The notes under the pieces: model-generated | Database searches by the model: none | Told to the model about the DNA's origin: nothing | What the model saw: the letters and a program-made list of their open reading frames with translations, nothing else | Source: Candidatus Doudnabacteria bacterium | GTDB taxonomy: Bacteria > Patescibacteriota > Doudnabacteria > UBA920 > VMFF01 | Direction: 5' to 3' | NCBI GenBank assembly: GCA_028286905.1 | Contig: JAQBQP010000003.1 | Coordinates: forward strand, 23,317-87,316 | Length of the DNA stretch: 64,000 nucleotides | In this document: positions 38,388-46,950 of the stretch, one piece after another | How positions within the stretch are numbered: the stretch's first letter is position 1 | How the letters are laid out: every line of letters begins with the position of its first letter | Translations under genes and position numbers: made by a program

Positions 38388-38409
38388 GAAAAGCTATAAA
38401 AAAAATTAA

Positions 38410-38862
38410 CTACTGGATGCCTGCAGGAGAAGCGGTATGAGTGCCGGCAATAAAGCCGCCGGTCGTGGCGCCGAGACAAAAAGATAAAGCGTAGGTTGAT
38501 CCGTTTGCAGAAAGATAAACGTAGGCATTATTAAGAGCTTGGGAAGTACCTGAACCAGTACAGATCGGTTCCGCTGGAACCGGAGCGGCTGGAACCTTGC
38601 CAACATAAGTCGGTGCCAAGTTCAAAGGAACAGTTGTTCCTGTTAAAATTGCTGCCGACGCTTGAACCGGATAAGCATTAAAGTCATTAAAATATAATTC
38701 CAAGGCAGTGGTAAGCTGTCTGATATCGGCTAATCTTTTTGCATCTCGAGATTTTGCTCTCGCAGAGTTTAGCGCCAGCAATACTACTGATGCTAACAAA
38801 CCAATGATTGCAATAACCACCAACAACTCAATTAACGTAAACCCTTTTGATTTTGATTGCAT
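38410..38862 (-). CDS. Type IV pilin / pseudopilin (prepilin N-terminal cleavage-methylation domain).
   Basis: KGFTLIELLVVIAIIGLLA class III signal; C-terminal Cys pair. Confidence 0.85.
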   Translation of the reverse strand: MQSKSKGFTLIELLVVIAIIGLLASVVLLALNSARAKSRDAKRLADIRQLTTALELYFNDFNAYPVQASAAILTGTTVPLNLAPTYVGKVPAAPVPAEPICTGSGTSQALNNAYVYLSANGSTYALSFCLGATTGGFIAGTHTASPAGIQ

Positions 38863-38908
38863 ATTTTTTAAATTACTGCTTACTAATATTGTACAGCTGT
38901 TTAAAGGA

Positions 38909-39793
38909 TTATACCACCCCTTTGCCGCCAGTCACCCCATATACCTCACCAGTGATATAACTGCCCTGATCTGAGGCCAATAATACGTATACAGGAGCCA
39001 ATTCAATTGGTTGACCCGCTCTTTTAATTGGCGTGCTTTCGCCAAAAGAACTTAATTTGTCCGGCGGCGATGCATGAGTATTTAAGGGAGTCCAAATGGG
39101 CCCAGGGGCAACGGCATTTACTCGAATCCCTTTTTCAATTAGAGCTTCGGATAAAGCTTTGGTCATCGTTACGATCGCCCCTTTACTAGCTGAGTATGGT
39201 AATAGCAACGGCTTCGGTTCAAATGCCTCTATTGATGCAGTATTAATAATAGCGCTGCCTTTTTGCATATGCTGAGCAGCTTGCTGTGCTAAATAAAAAG
39301 TGGCGAAAACATTGGTTTGAAAAATCGTTTCAAAATCTTCCCAAGTGATCTCGTTAATATCTGTAAAATATTTTTGGAACGCAGCATTGTTAACTAAAAT
39401 ATCTAACTTGCCAAATTCTTTTAGCGCTTGATTAATTAATTCTTTGCAGTAATTTTTATCTTTGATGTCGCCAGCAAAGCCAACGCCCTTGCGTCCAGCA
39501 GCTTGAATAGCGCTAATCGTTTGATTGGCATCCTCTTGTTCCTCTGGAAGATAGCCGATCATGACATCAGCGCCTTCTTTTGCAAAAGCAACTGCAACTG
39601 CCCGGCCAATACCCGAATCACCGCCTGTAATTAAGGCAGTTTTTCCCGTTAGCTTACCGCAGCCTTTGTAAGAGTCCTGACCGTAGTCCGGTTTAATATT
39701 CATGTCTGCTTCCAAGCCGGGGTAGCTTTGGGGATGCTCTTGCATCGGCGGTTGTGGAAATTTATCTTTTGGATCTTGATTATTTTGTGACAT
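38909..39793 (-). CDS. Short-chain dehydrogenase/reductase (SDR) family oxidoreductase.
   Basis: TGGDSGIG Rossmann motif and an NNAG motif; the catalytic S/YxxxK triad lies between them but was not pinpointed. Confidence 0.85.
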   Translation of the reverse strand: MSQNNQDPKDKFPQPPMQEHPQSYPGLEADMNIKPDYGQDSYKGCGKLTGKTALITGGDSGIGRAVAVAFAKEGADVMIGYLPEEQEDANQTISAIQAAGRKGVGFAGDIKDKNYCKELINQALKEFGKLDILVNNAAFQKYFTDINEITWEDFETIFQTNVFATFYLAQQAAQHMQKGSAIINTASIEAFEPKPLLLPYSASKGAIVTMTKALSEALIEKGIRVNAVAPGPIWTPLNTHASPPDKLSSFGESTPIKRAGQPIELAPVYVLLASDQGSYITGEVYGVTGGKGVV

Positions 39794-39893
39794 AAAATAT
39801 TAATTAAAAATATACCAGAAGTATCCAAAATTTAAAAGAACCTAGCAATTGTACAATTGCACTTAATCACATTAGGCTTCAATGATAATATTG

Positions 39894-40193
39894 CTAATTA
39901 GTAGTTTTATTAGCTTTTCTTTTTTGAGAACGTTTCCTAAAGCTAAAGAGCACCCAAGAGATTGTAGCTATTAATAATAGTACCCAACCCAATCCATACC
40001 ATTTGCTTATCTGGGAATTTTGAGCAGCTAAAATAAATTGAAATAAACCAACAACTATCTGGACCAATGCGAGCACAACTAAAATTTCAGAAAACCGGTC
40101 TTGAGACCTAGCGCTTTCTTTTAGTGTTTCGCTTAGCTCTTTTATATCTTGATCAAGCTCTGACGAACTATTATTTGAAATTTGCTCTGGCAT
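39894..40193 (-). CDS. Small membrane protein, hypothetical.
   Basis: Two TM helices. Confidence 0.4.
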   Translation of the reverse strand: MPEQISNNSSSELDQDIKELSETLKESARSQDRFSEILVVLALVQIVVGLFQFILAAQNSQISKWYGLGWVLLLIATISWVLFSFRKRSQKRKANKTTN

Positions 40194-40221
40194 ATATTAT
40201 TTATGTCTTATCTAATTAACC

Positions 40222-40602
40222 TTACTCTTCTTCAATTATTCGGAAACTAGGAGGCGCCTTTTTTAAATAATCATTATAAAGTTTATTTAAACGCTGAATC
40301 GAATTTTTAGTGTCCTCTTCTAAAGTCTCTCTCAATCGTCGGCCCTTTTCCGAATCATACCTCTCGATACTTTCAATTTTTTCTCTCTGAATTCTATAAT
40401 GCTTGTCAATTTGTTCCAGCGCAACTTTAGTTGTTTGTTCTATTTCAACTAACCCTAAAAGGAAGTGATCATTATCAATTCCGCGAAATTTAGCTTCTAT
40501 GCGAGCTCGATAATTAGCAACCCGTTGCTCGAGGCGTTTAGCTTCTTCATCCTTATCGTAATCAGAAGGTTCCGGATTAAATTCTGAATTGTATTCACTC
40601 AT
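40222..40602 (-). CDS. Hypothetical charged/coiled-coil protein.
   Basis: ORF only. Confidence 0.4.
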   Translation of the reverse strand: MSEYNSEFNPEPSDYDKDEEAKRLEQRVANYRARIEAKFRGIDNDHFLLGLVEIEQTTKVALEQIDKHYRIQREKIESIERYDSEKGRRLRETLEEDTKNSIQRLNKLYNDYLKKAPPSFRIIEEE

Positions 40603-40755
40603 ATAATTAGTTTTTTAAACTTAGTTTGATCTATTGTAGGTTAAGTTAATGTATTCAAAGCATAACAAAACAAGTTCAGTCAGACAAACTTTACCATAAG
40701 ACTAATTTAGAGGATCTGGTATACTAAGAAGACTAATAAATTAAACTATACACAT

Positions 40756-41169
40756 ATGACTAGCAGACTGAACCCATATATCGCTTTTGATAATAAAGCG
40801 CGTACCGTGATGGAATTTTACAAGACTGTGTTCGGAGGAAAATTGGAATTAAGCACCTTCAAAGAGGCCAATCCTGGATACCAAGAGGGAGACGAAGATA
40901 AAATAATGCATGCTGTTCTTGTTACTGAAAGCGGTATGACTATAATGGCTTCTGATATGCCAAAAGGAAAAGTAGTTCCTAATACAGCGAACATTGCTCT
41001 AGCTTTAGGTGGAGATGACGAAGCGGAATTAACTGGCTACTGGGAAAAACTTTCAGCAAATGCAAAAATTCTTCAACATCTAAACAAAGCTCCTTGGGGA
41101 GATACTTTTGGAATGCTTGTGGATCAATTCGGCGTTGAGTGGATGATAAACATTGCTGGAAAAAAATAA
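40756..41169 (+). CDS. VOC (glyoxalase/bleomycin-resistance) superfamily protein, PhnB-like.
   Basis: YIAFDNKA...EFYK..FGG N-terminal pattern typical of PhnB/3-demethylubiquinone methyltransferase-like VOC proteins. Confidence 0.65.
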   Translation: MTSRLNPYIAFDNKARTVMEFYKTVFGGKLELSTFKEANPGYQEGDEDKIMHAVLVTESGMTIMASDMPKGKVVPNTANIALALGGDDEAELTGYWEKLSANAKILQHLNKAPWGDTFGMLVDQFGVEWMINIAGKK

Positions 41170-41313
41170 GTTAATTTAAATATCGTTACAGCAAGGCATA
41201 TTAAAAAGCAGGATCCGTCCTGCTTTTTAAATTATATTTGAACAAATGAAAAGCGCGGGAACCATGATAGTTTGTCCCGCGCTTGTTGCGTGCGCATTGT
41301 GCGCTGTATCCTC

Positions 41314-41604
41314 CTAACATTCTGCTTTTCCAGATATCGGGTGAGTCTCCTCCACCGGAAAACGAGGCGCCAGCGGATCTGGGCAGTCGAAGAAAAATTC
41401 TCCGCACCTAGCGCAAGGATGAAATTGCTCGCTTCCGCCGCAAGGCACCAGCGCCTTTACCCTTTCTAAGGCTTCCTCCACCGCTTCTGAAGGTTCATGC
41501 CCAAAACGCTTCAACCAGACGTTAGCTCGAGCTAAGCACCAATCGAGCTTGTTTGCCCAAGCGGCGATCCGGTTGTCAACCTCTTCTGGTTCGATATAAC
41601 ACAT
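41314..41604 (-). CDS. Small Cys-rich protein (96 aa; CGGSEQFHPCARCGEFFFDC) on a GC-rich island. Start set at MCYIEP with SD GGAGGGA.
   Basis: SD + ATG at 41604; terminator 41236-41275. Confidence 0.4.
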   Translation of the reverse strand: MCYIEPEEVDNRIAAWANKLDWCLARANVWLKRFGHEPSEAVEEALERVKALVPCGGSEQFHPCARCGEFFFDCPDPLAPRFPVEETHPISGKAEC

Positions 41605-41634
41605 TTGTCCCTCCAAGTATCAGGTGAGCCCCTA

Positions 41635-41859
41635 TTAGGGGTCAGGGTCGCCAGAGGACGACGGAGCCTGAGGTGCTGTGTACCTGCTCTGAGACACGCT
41701 TTTCTCAGTCGGAATACTTACCATCACAAACGCCCTCAGAATAACTAACAGCGTTAGGACGACTGCGACGATGAACCAGATATTTCTGTGATGCCTCCGG
41801 CGCCTCATTAGCGGCGCTGAACTAAACCTCCGGTGCTCTGTTTGGCCCATGCTCCTCAC
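41635..41859 (-). CDS. Small single-TM protein with an Arg-rich N-terminus (74 aa); GC-rich island.
   Basis: ORF, TM helix; immediately upstream of the Cys-rich gene. Confidence 0.35.
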   Translation of the reverse strand: MRSMGQTEHRRFSSAPLMRRRRHHRNIWFIVAVVLTLLVILRAFVMVSIPTEKSVSQSRYTAPQAPSSSGDPDP

Positions 41860-42142
41860 CTCTTCATAGAAGATGCCTACGGGATTTCCGCAGGAATTGA
41901 AACACCCTCCAAATGCATGTGACTAAAGCGTTGTCTCTGCCTCAATTTGAAGGGATCGTTCCGCAGCGTTGCGGAATAGATTACGGTACCATTTTTCCAT
42001 GGCATTGTCTAGACAAATCACTTTTCCACCTAATGCTAAATTATTCAAAATATCTTTCAAATGAATCATGCATTCCGCAAACCCTTATTAAGAAAAGGGC
42101 CGTATCCTTGTGATACGGCCCTTAGTTCCCCATTACTACAGT

Positions 42143-43264
42143 CTAACGCGAATGCTCTTCCAACTCCTTCAGCTCTCTGCGCCTGATCTCCAGTTCATCG
42201 CGCAGGCTAACCTTCTTAATCTCGGCTTCATGGCGCTTTTGAGCGTTCATCGCACGAATGAACTTCCTCCTTCCGCGCTGGAGCAAGGGATAAAGCAAAA
42301 GAATTCGGGCCGGCTCACGAGAGTTAAGCGTAAGCATACCCGCAAACCTTGGATCTGTTGATTGCTCGCCGTAGCGATCTTCTAACCGACCTTCGATAGA
42401 AGTTGCCATTCCGCTGCGGCGCACCAACGCCTCCAACGCTTGGCGAGTTGGCCGATCAAGCTTGCGATCGAAAAGAAAACCAAGCTGGTCGTATTCTCGG
42501 AATAACTCAACCAGTTGTGGCCGCAGTTTCCGAAAATATTGCAACGTTTCAGCGTATGCCTTTTCCTCGGATCCATCTCCAAACTTCCTTTCAAAATAGT
42601 CCCGAGCGGGCTTAGTACCGACAAGTTCATCCCCGAAGTTCCAAGCAAACTTCAAGAATTTGCGAAAAAACGCTATCGCCTTCTTGTCGTAATTGTCGCC
42701 CTCATGAGTGCGAACGTTGGCAGCCCAATAGGTGTCACAAGCGCGCCAACGTTTGGAGTCAAAAAACTTGATCGCCTCTCTGGCCAATTCCGGTTCCATA
42801 AGAAGGCTTTCATACCTAAGATGGACGCCGGTCCCTTCGTCATGAAAAACGAAGAAACGATTACACAACTCCACCCAAGCTTTGTCCGCAAGTTTCTGCA
42901 AAACCTCGGGACGGCTTAGCTCGCCCATCCAGCCGCGGAGCTTGTAGGTACTCGAGCCAAAGTTTTTCGCATTCTGATGGCCATCCGCGACGAGCAAGTA
43001 GTGCCGAAAAATCCGGACGAGGTCCGTTGTCGACGCGTCCCTCGATGGCAACGATTGGAGGCCCCAATGCAACAGATTAAGTAAAGCAGGCCAGTCATTT
43101 CGCATTAGGGAAGCATCCCATTGCAGGAACCAATCAGATATGCTTGTAGCTTCGTTACCGAGCTGGGCAAAATCTCGTCCAGCCAGAAAAAGCTCGGGCG
43201 TGTGCGTGTTAGACATGACATCCTCCTCAAGATTGGGAACGTTACACCGCCTGCTAGGCGGCAA
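42143..43264 (-). CDS. Hypothetical protein (373 aa) on a GC-elevated island; no motif recognised.
   Basis: Long ORF with terminator 42090-42123 and an upstream 7-bp inverted repeat at ~43282-43301. Confidence 0.5.
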   Translation of the reverse strand: MPPSRRCNVPNLEEDVMSNTHTPELFLAGRDFAQLGNEATSISDWFLQWDASLMRNDWPALLNLLHWGLQSLPSRDASTTDLVRIFRHYLLVADGHQNAKNFGSSTYKLRGWMGELSRPEVLQKLADKAWVELCNRFFVFHDEGTGVHLRYESLLMEPELAREAIKFFDSKRWRACDTYWAANVRTHEGDNYDKKAIAFFRKFLKFAWNFGDELVGTKPARDYFERKFGDGSEEKAYAETLQYFRKLRPQLVELFREYDQLGFLFDRKLDRPTRQALEALVRRSGMATSIEGRLEDRYGEQSTDPRFAGMLTLNSREPARILLLYPLLQRGRRKFIRAMNAQKRHEAEIKKVSLRDELEIRRRELKELEEHSR

Positions 43265-43429
43265 GTGAAACTATAATACTCTAATTGTGAAATTAGAGGA
43301 AATGTTAGTTAAAAAGGCTGTCGCGGGAGAATAACATAGTCGCATAATATCACCGATATTTTTAACAAAAGAACCCTGACGTGAATCAGAGTTCTTTGCC
43401 CGTTATTCTTCTACCCTCTATCCCCCCTT

Positions 43430-43861
43430 TTATAAAGTTCTGGTAAAGATTAGGTATCGAGGACTTACTGTGCTCGACTGCCTAATCCCTGTTTGACGGT
43501 ACGGCATACCCATTTTGATCAAACGGGATTCCGCCGCACCGAAGACCTCGACCTCTTCAGTAGCGAGAGTGGTGTCATGGTTTACATCGAACTGCCAGCT
43601 ACGGTACCGTGAGTCCATCTGATAGGCGCCCACGAAACTCACAATCTCGTTCGGCAGCTCTCTCAATACTGCCTCATGAAACTGCTCCACGGAAACCTTT
43701 ACCACCTTCTTATTCACCACCGCCGTATCGGGTGACTCAGGAGTTCCTTTCAAGAAACTCCTGATCCATTTCTTGATAAGCATACCAAGTTCCGTGAAAG
43801 GGTTTAACAGATGATGATATAAAAAAATACCACAAAACGTGGTATTTGTAAATGGAGGCAT
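43430..43861 (-). CDS. Hypothetical protein (143 aa), GC-elevated.
   Basis: ORF + terminator 43352-43387. Confidence 0.4.
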   Translation of the reverse strand: MPPFTNTTFCGIFLYHHLLNPFTELGMLIKKWIRSFLKGTPESPDTAVVNKKVVKVSVEQFHEAVLRELPNEIVSFVGAYQMDSRYRSWQFDVNHDTTLATEEVEVFGAAESRLIKMGMPYRQTGIRQSSTVSPRYLIFTRTL

Positions 43862-43879
43862 GGGGCGTTTATAAGGATG

Positions 43880-44191
43880 TTATCTATGCATACTTGCCAT
43901 AACCACAAACAAAACTATTGTAGCCAAGGCTAACCAGCCTACTGTGTACATAAATAATTTAATCGCTTCGTTCTTTTCATTATTTAAATACATCAGCAAC
44001 GGTTTGCCAACTACCAAGCTGCCAGTGATCGCTGCAGAAAGAACAAAAAGCATTAAAACGGCAATAGGAGTAATTGCTGTATCTTTTTCACCAAATATTT
44101 TATTGCCATTACTCATCACTATGGATATCAGGGATACATACGCCACTGTGCCCAAAGCGTTTAAAAAACTTCTCTGAATAAGTTTGTTCAT
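43880..44191 (-). CDS. Small 3-TM membrane protein.
   Basis: Hydrophobic profile. Confidence 0.4.
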   Translation of the reverse strand: MNKLIQRSFLNALGTVAYVSLISIVMSNGNKIFGEKDTAITPIAVLMLFVLSAAITGSLVVGKPLLMYLNNEKNEAIKLFMYTVGWLALATIVLFVVMASMHR

Positions 44192-44289
44192 AAATAAGAT
44201 TTTTAATTATATTCTATATTATACTAGAAAAACTGCTTTCCAAGGTTTGAGGTTTAGCTGGGAAAGCTTTTGGCGCGGGTGTTCTATTT

Positions 44290-45393
44290 TTAATAGCTTA
44301 TCGTAGACAGACCCTCGGTGGCTTGATTCCAATCCCCAGGCAAAGCTGATTGATATTTTTTTACATACTCAATGAAATTCGGTGGTACGCTTTGGCCTTT
44401 AGGAGCCAATATAACGAATCCGACTTTGAAGTTTTTTTGGCTATCGGAAACAGTTGGCACTCTATCCCCCACCTTCTTAACGACATCTTGAATGGTTATC
44501 GTGTTTGTGCTCAAAAAATCTGCAGGCTGATCGCAATTCGGTCCCCAGGTATTATAATAATCATCATTAGGCTTATCTTTTAACTGTTGTAAATATATTG
44601 GAGGGACCGATTCTGCAGGAATAAAACCCATCAAGTATAAAGACAGTTTTGAAAATTTATGCGACGTTAAATTACCATTTACACATTTGTACTGATCATT
44701 GGAATCAATCCATTGATAATAGGCCATTGGATCTACAAAACTTGAATCGCCGCTAAATAAATCTAAATTGTAAGGATAATGACCGAAGTCTCCATTCCAT
44801 CCCATTGGTTTGTTTATGTAATCCAACCAATAATGCCCTATTTCGTGTAACGAAATGGTTCTTAAATTATCATCAAAATTCGGAGGATTCGGTTTGGTGC
44901 CGTACCAAATTCTATAGGAGTCTGAAAGAACCACCGCCTTCAAATTTTTCGTTGCATTATTGGAAAAAACTGAATCAATGCCAATCCCTTTGACTTCTCT
45001 ATTAATAACATTCGAAGTGTAAGCCGGCAACATATCCAAAGGGAACACCATCAAGAAATCATACTTGTCATCATGCGACCTGTAGAACTGATTAACAAAT
45101 TTATTTACATCAACATTCCAATAATCTTTGCCCTGAACGGGAGTTAAAATATCGTTTGTGGTTTGTTCTTCTAAAACGTAGATCTCAGTATTCGGCTTAT
45201 CAGCTATTGGCTTAGTTTCTACTATGGGGGCAAGTTTGCTTTGTTCTAATGTGGTAGGCTGACCGATTGGAGTCTGATCTAAAACAGTAGGAGTTGGTGT
45301 TATTATTTTATTTTCTGGTAATAGTTGCGGGACAGATTGGCACCCTACAGCTGACAGAAATATCATGCAAAGGATTAAAGGCGTTTTTTTCAT
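44290..45393 (-). CDS. Putative secreted zinc-metalloprotease lipoprotein.
   Basis: Lipobox (LSAVGC); HEIGH (HExxH) motif. Confidence 0.5.
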   Translation of the reverse strand: MKKTPLILCMIFLSAVGCQSVPQLLPENKIITPTPTVLDQTPIGQPTTLEQSKLAPIVETKPIADKPNTEIYVLEEQTTNDILTPVQGKDYWNVDVNKFVNQFYRSHDDKYDFLMVFPLDMLPAYTSNVINREVKGIGIDSVFSNNATKNLKAVVLSDSYRIWYGTKPNPPNFDDNLRTISLHEIGHYWLDYINKPMGWNGDFGHYPYNLDLFSGDSSFVDPMAYYQWIDSNDQYKCVNGNLTSHKFSKLSLYLMGFIPAESVPPIYLQQLKDKPNDDYYNTWGPNCDQPADFLSTNTITIQDVVKKVGDRVPTVSDSQKNFKVGFVILAPKGQSVPPNFIEYVKKYQSALPGDWNQATEGLSTISY

Positions 45394-45755
45394 ATGTTAT
45401 TCTTTTTTTATATCATAACAAAAAATCGTCTTACTGGCGACAAAACAAAAACTACCGCTTGAACCGTGGTTTTTGTTAGTGGACATCGTAACAAATCAGC
45501 CAAGCTCGATCGAGGACTGGATTATGGAAAGTATGGATTAATTAAGCCTTACGAAAGGTTCAAATTTATTGGTAAAATGCTATTAGTGCTACACGTAATG
45601 GTATTTAAATGGAATACTTAAAATAGCGCTTAGTATTTTGCTATATAGGCTTTTAATAAAAGGCATAAGTTGCTAAGATATATATAATTGTGTAAGTCCT
45701 TAGACAAGTACTTAAAAGAAACAAAAAAAGAAAGCAAATTATTAGATCACTTTCT

Positions 45756-46736
45756 ATGAGCATAATGAATAGAACAAAATATTTTGATTATGCAGAAGGA
45801 AAGCTGGTTAACCTTGCTCATGCAATTACCATTAATGGTAAGCTCAACCTTTTGCATTTGCATACTCACGCTGAAGAGTTTTATCTTAATTTTTTTAGAG
45901 AGCTATATAAATGGGATTTAAAAAATCTCAATGCTGCTAAAAGGAATTCTGAAGCTGTTGATTTAATTTCTGAGTCTGCAAAAGTTATAATTCAAGTATC
46001 AGCAACTTGCACGAAGGACAAAATAGAATCTGCTCTAGGTAAAAAAGTAATCGAAAGATATAAGGACTATAGCTTTAAGTTTATTTCCATTTCATCAGTG
46101 GACGCAAGTCAGTTAAGAGCAAAGGTTTTTAAAAACCCTTACGGGATATCATTTAATCCCGTCGTTGATATATACGATACAACTTCTATAGTTGCTAATA
46201 TTTTAAGTCTTGAGGTTGATCGCCAAAAAGATATATACAAGTTTCTTAAAAAAGAGCTTGGTCAAGAAATAGATATTGAAAAATTGGATTCAAATTTAGC
46301 GACAATTATAAACATTCTCTCTCAAAAAAACCTAGATCAAAACGATCAGCCAATTACAATAAACGGTTTTGAAATAGAACGTAAGATTTCCTTTAATGAT
46401 CTCAAGACTGCACAATATGTGATTCAAGATTATGGAATACACCACAATCGAATTGACAAGATATATTCTGAGTTTGATGAATCAGGAGTTAATAAAAGTA
46501 TTTCAGTATTGGGGTGGATTAGAGGAGAATATGTAAGGAATATGTCTGTAAAAAAAGATGATGAGCTTTTTTTCTTAATTGTAAAAAATATACAAGAAGT
46601 CATTATGCAGAGTGCGAATCTTGCGTCGATAACAATTGAAGAATTAGAGCTTTGCGCTAATATATTAGTTGTCGATGCCTTTATTCGTTGTAAAATCTTT
46701 CGAAACCCAAAAGACTACAAATATGCTACTACCTGA
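45756..46736 (+). CDS. Component A (326 aa) of a three-gene candidate defense operon; putative effector, possibly nuclease-like.
   Basis: Strongly AT-rich relative to flanks; start of a translationally coupled trio; no secretion signal. Confidence 0.55.
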   Translation: MSIMNRTKYFDYAEGKLVNLAHAITINGKLNLLHLHTHAEEFYLNFFRELYKWDLKNLNAAKRNSEAVDLISESAKVIIQVSATCTKDKIESALGKKVIERYKDYSFKFISISSVDASQLRAKVFKNPYGISFNPVVDIYDTTSIVANILSLEVDRQKDIYKFLKKELGQEIDIEKLDSNLATIINILSQKNLDQNDQPITINGFEIERKISFNDLKTAQYVIQDYGIHHNRIDKIYSEFDESGVNKSISVLGWIRGEYVRNMSVKKDDELFFLIVKNIQEVIMQSANLASITIEELELCANILVVDAFIRCKIFRNPKDYKYATT

Positions 46737-46950
46737 TAATATACATCCAGAAAATACTATTTATTTTAATGGAGCTTTTGTCCTTAAGGAATTACAGAGA
46801 CAGCCTGACCAAGGCCTACTAGATTTATATGAGAATGTAAAAAGACAAAGAAATTTAAGCTTTCCTATTTTTATTCTATGCTTAGATTGGCTTTATTTGC
46901 TGGGCGTAGCTGAAACAAATAATCAAGATAAAATAAAATTATGTTTTTAA
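46723..46950 (+). CDS. Small middle ORF (75 aa), overlapping gene A's stop by 14 nt and gene B's start by 10 nt; candidate kleisin-like / middle component.
   Basis: ATG at 46723; TAA at 46948-46950 overlapping the ATG (46941) of the ATPase gene. Confidence 0.35.
   Translation: MLLPDNIHPENTIYFNGAFVLKELQRQPDQGLLDLYENVKRQRNLSFPIFILCLDWLYLLGVAETNNQDKIKLCF

Noticed and set aside
42382-43098. Several 60-134 aa ORFs on both strands inside 42143..43264 (42382..42648-, 42403..42615+, 42515..42919+, 42673..42891-, 42861..43067-, 42916..43098-).
   Set aside because: They are shadow frames in GC-elevated DNA; the 373-aa minus ORF spans the region and is followed by a terminator.
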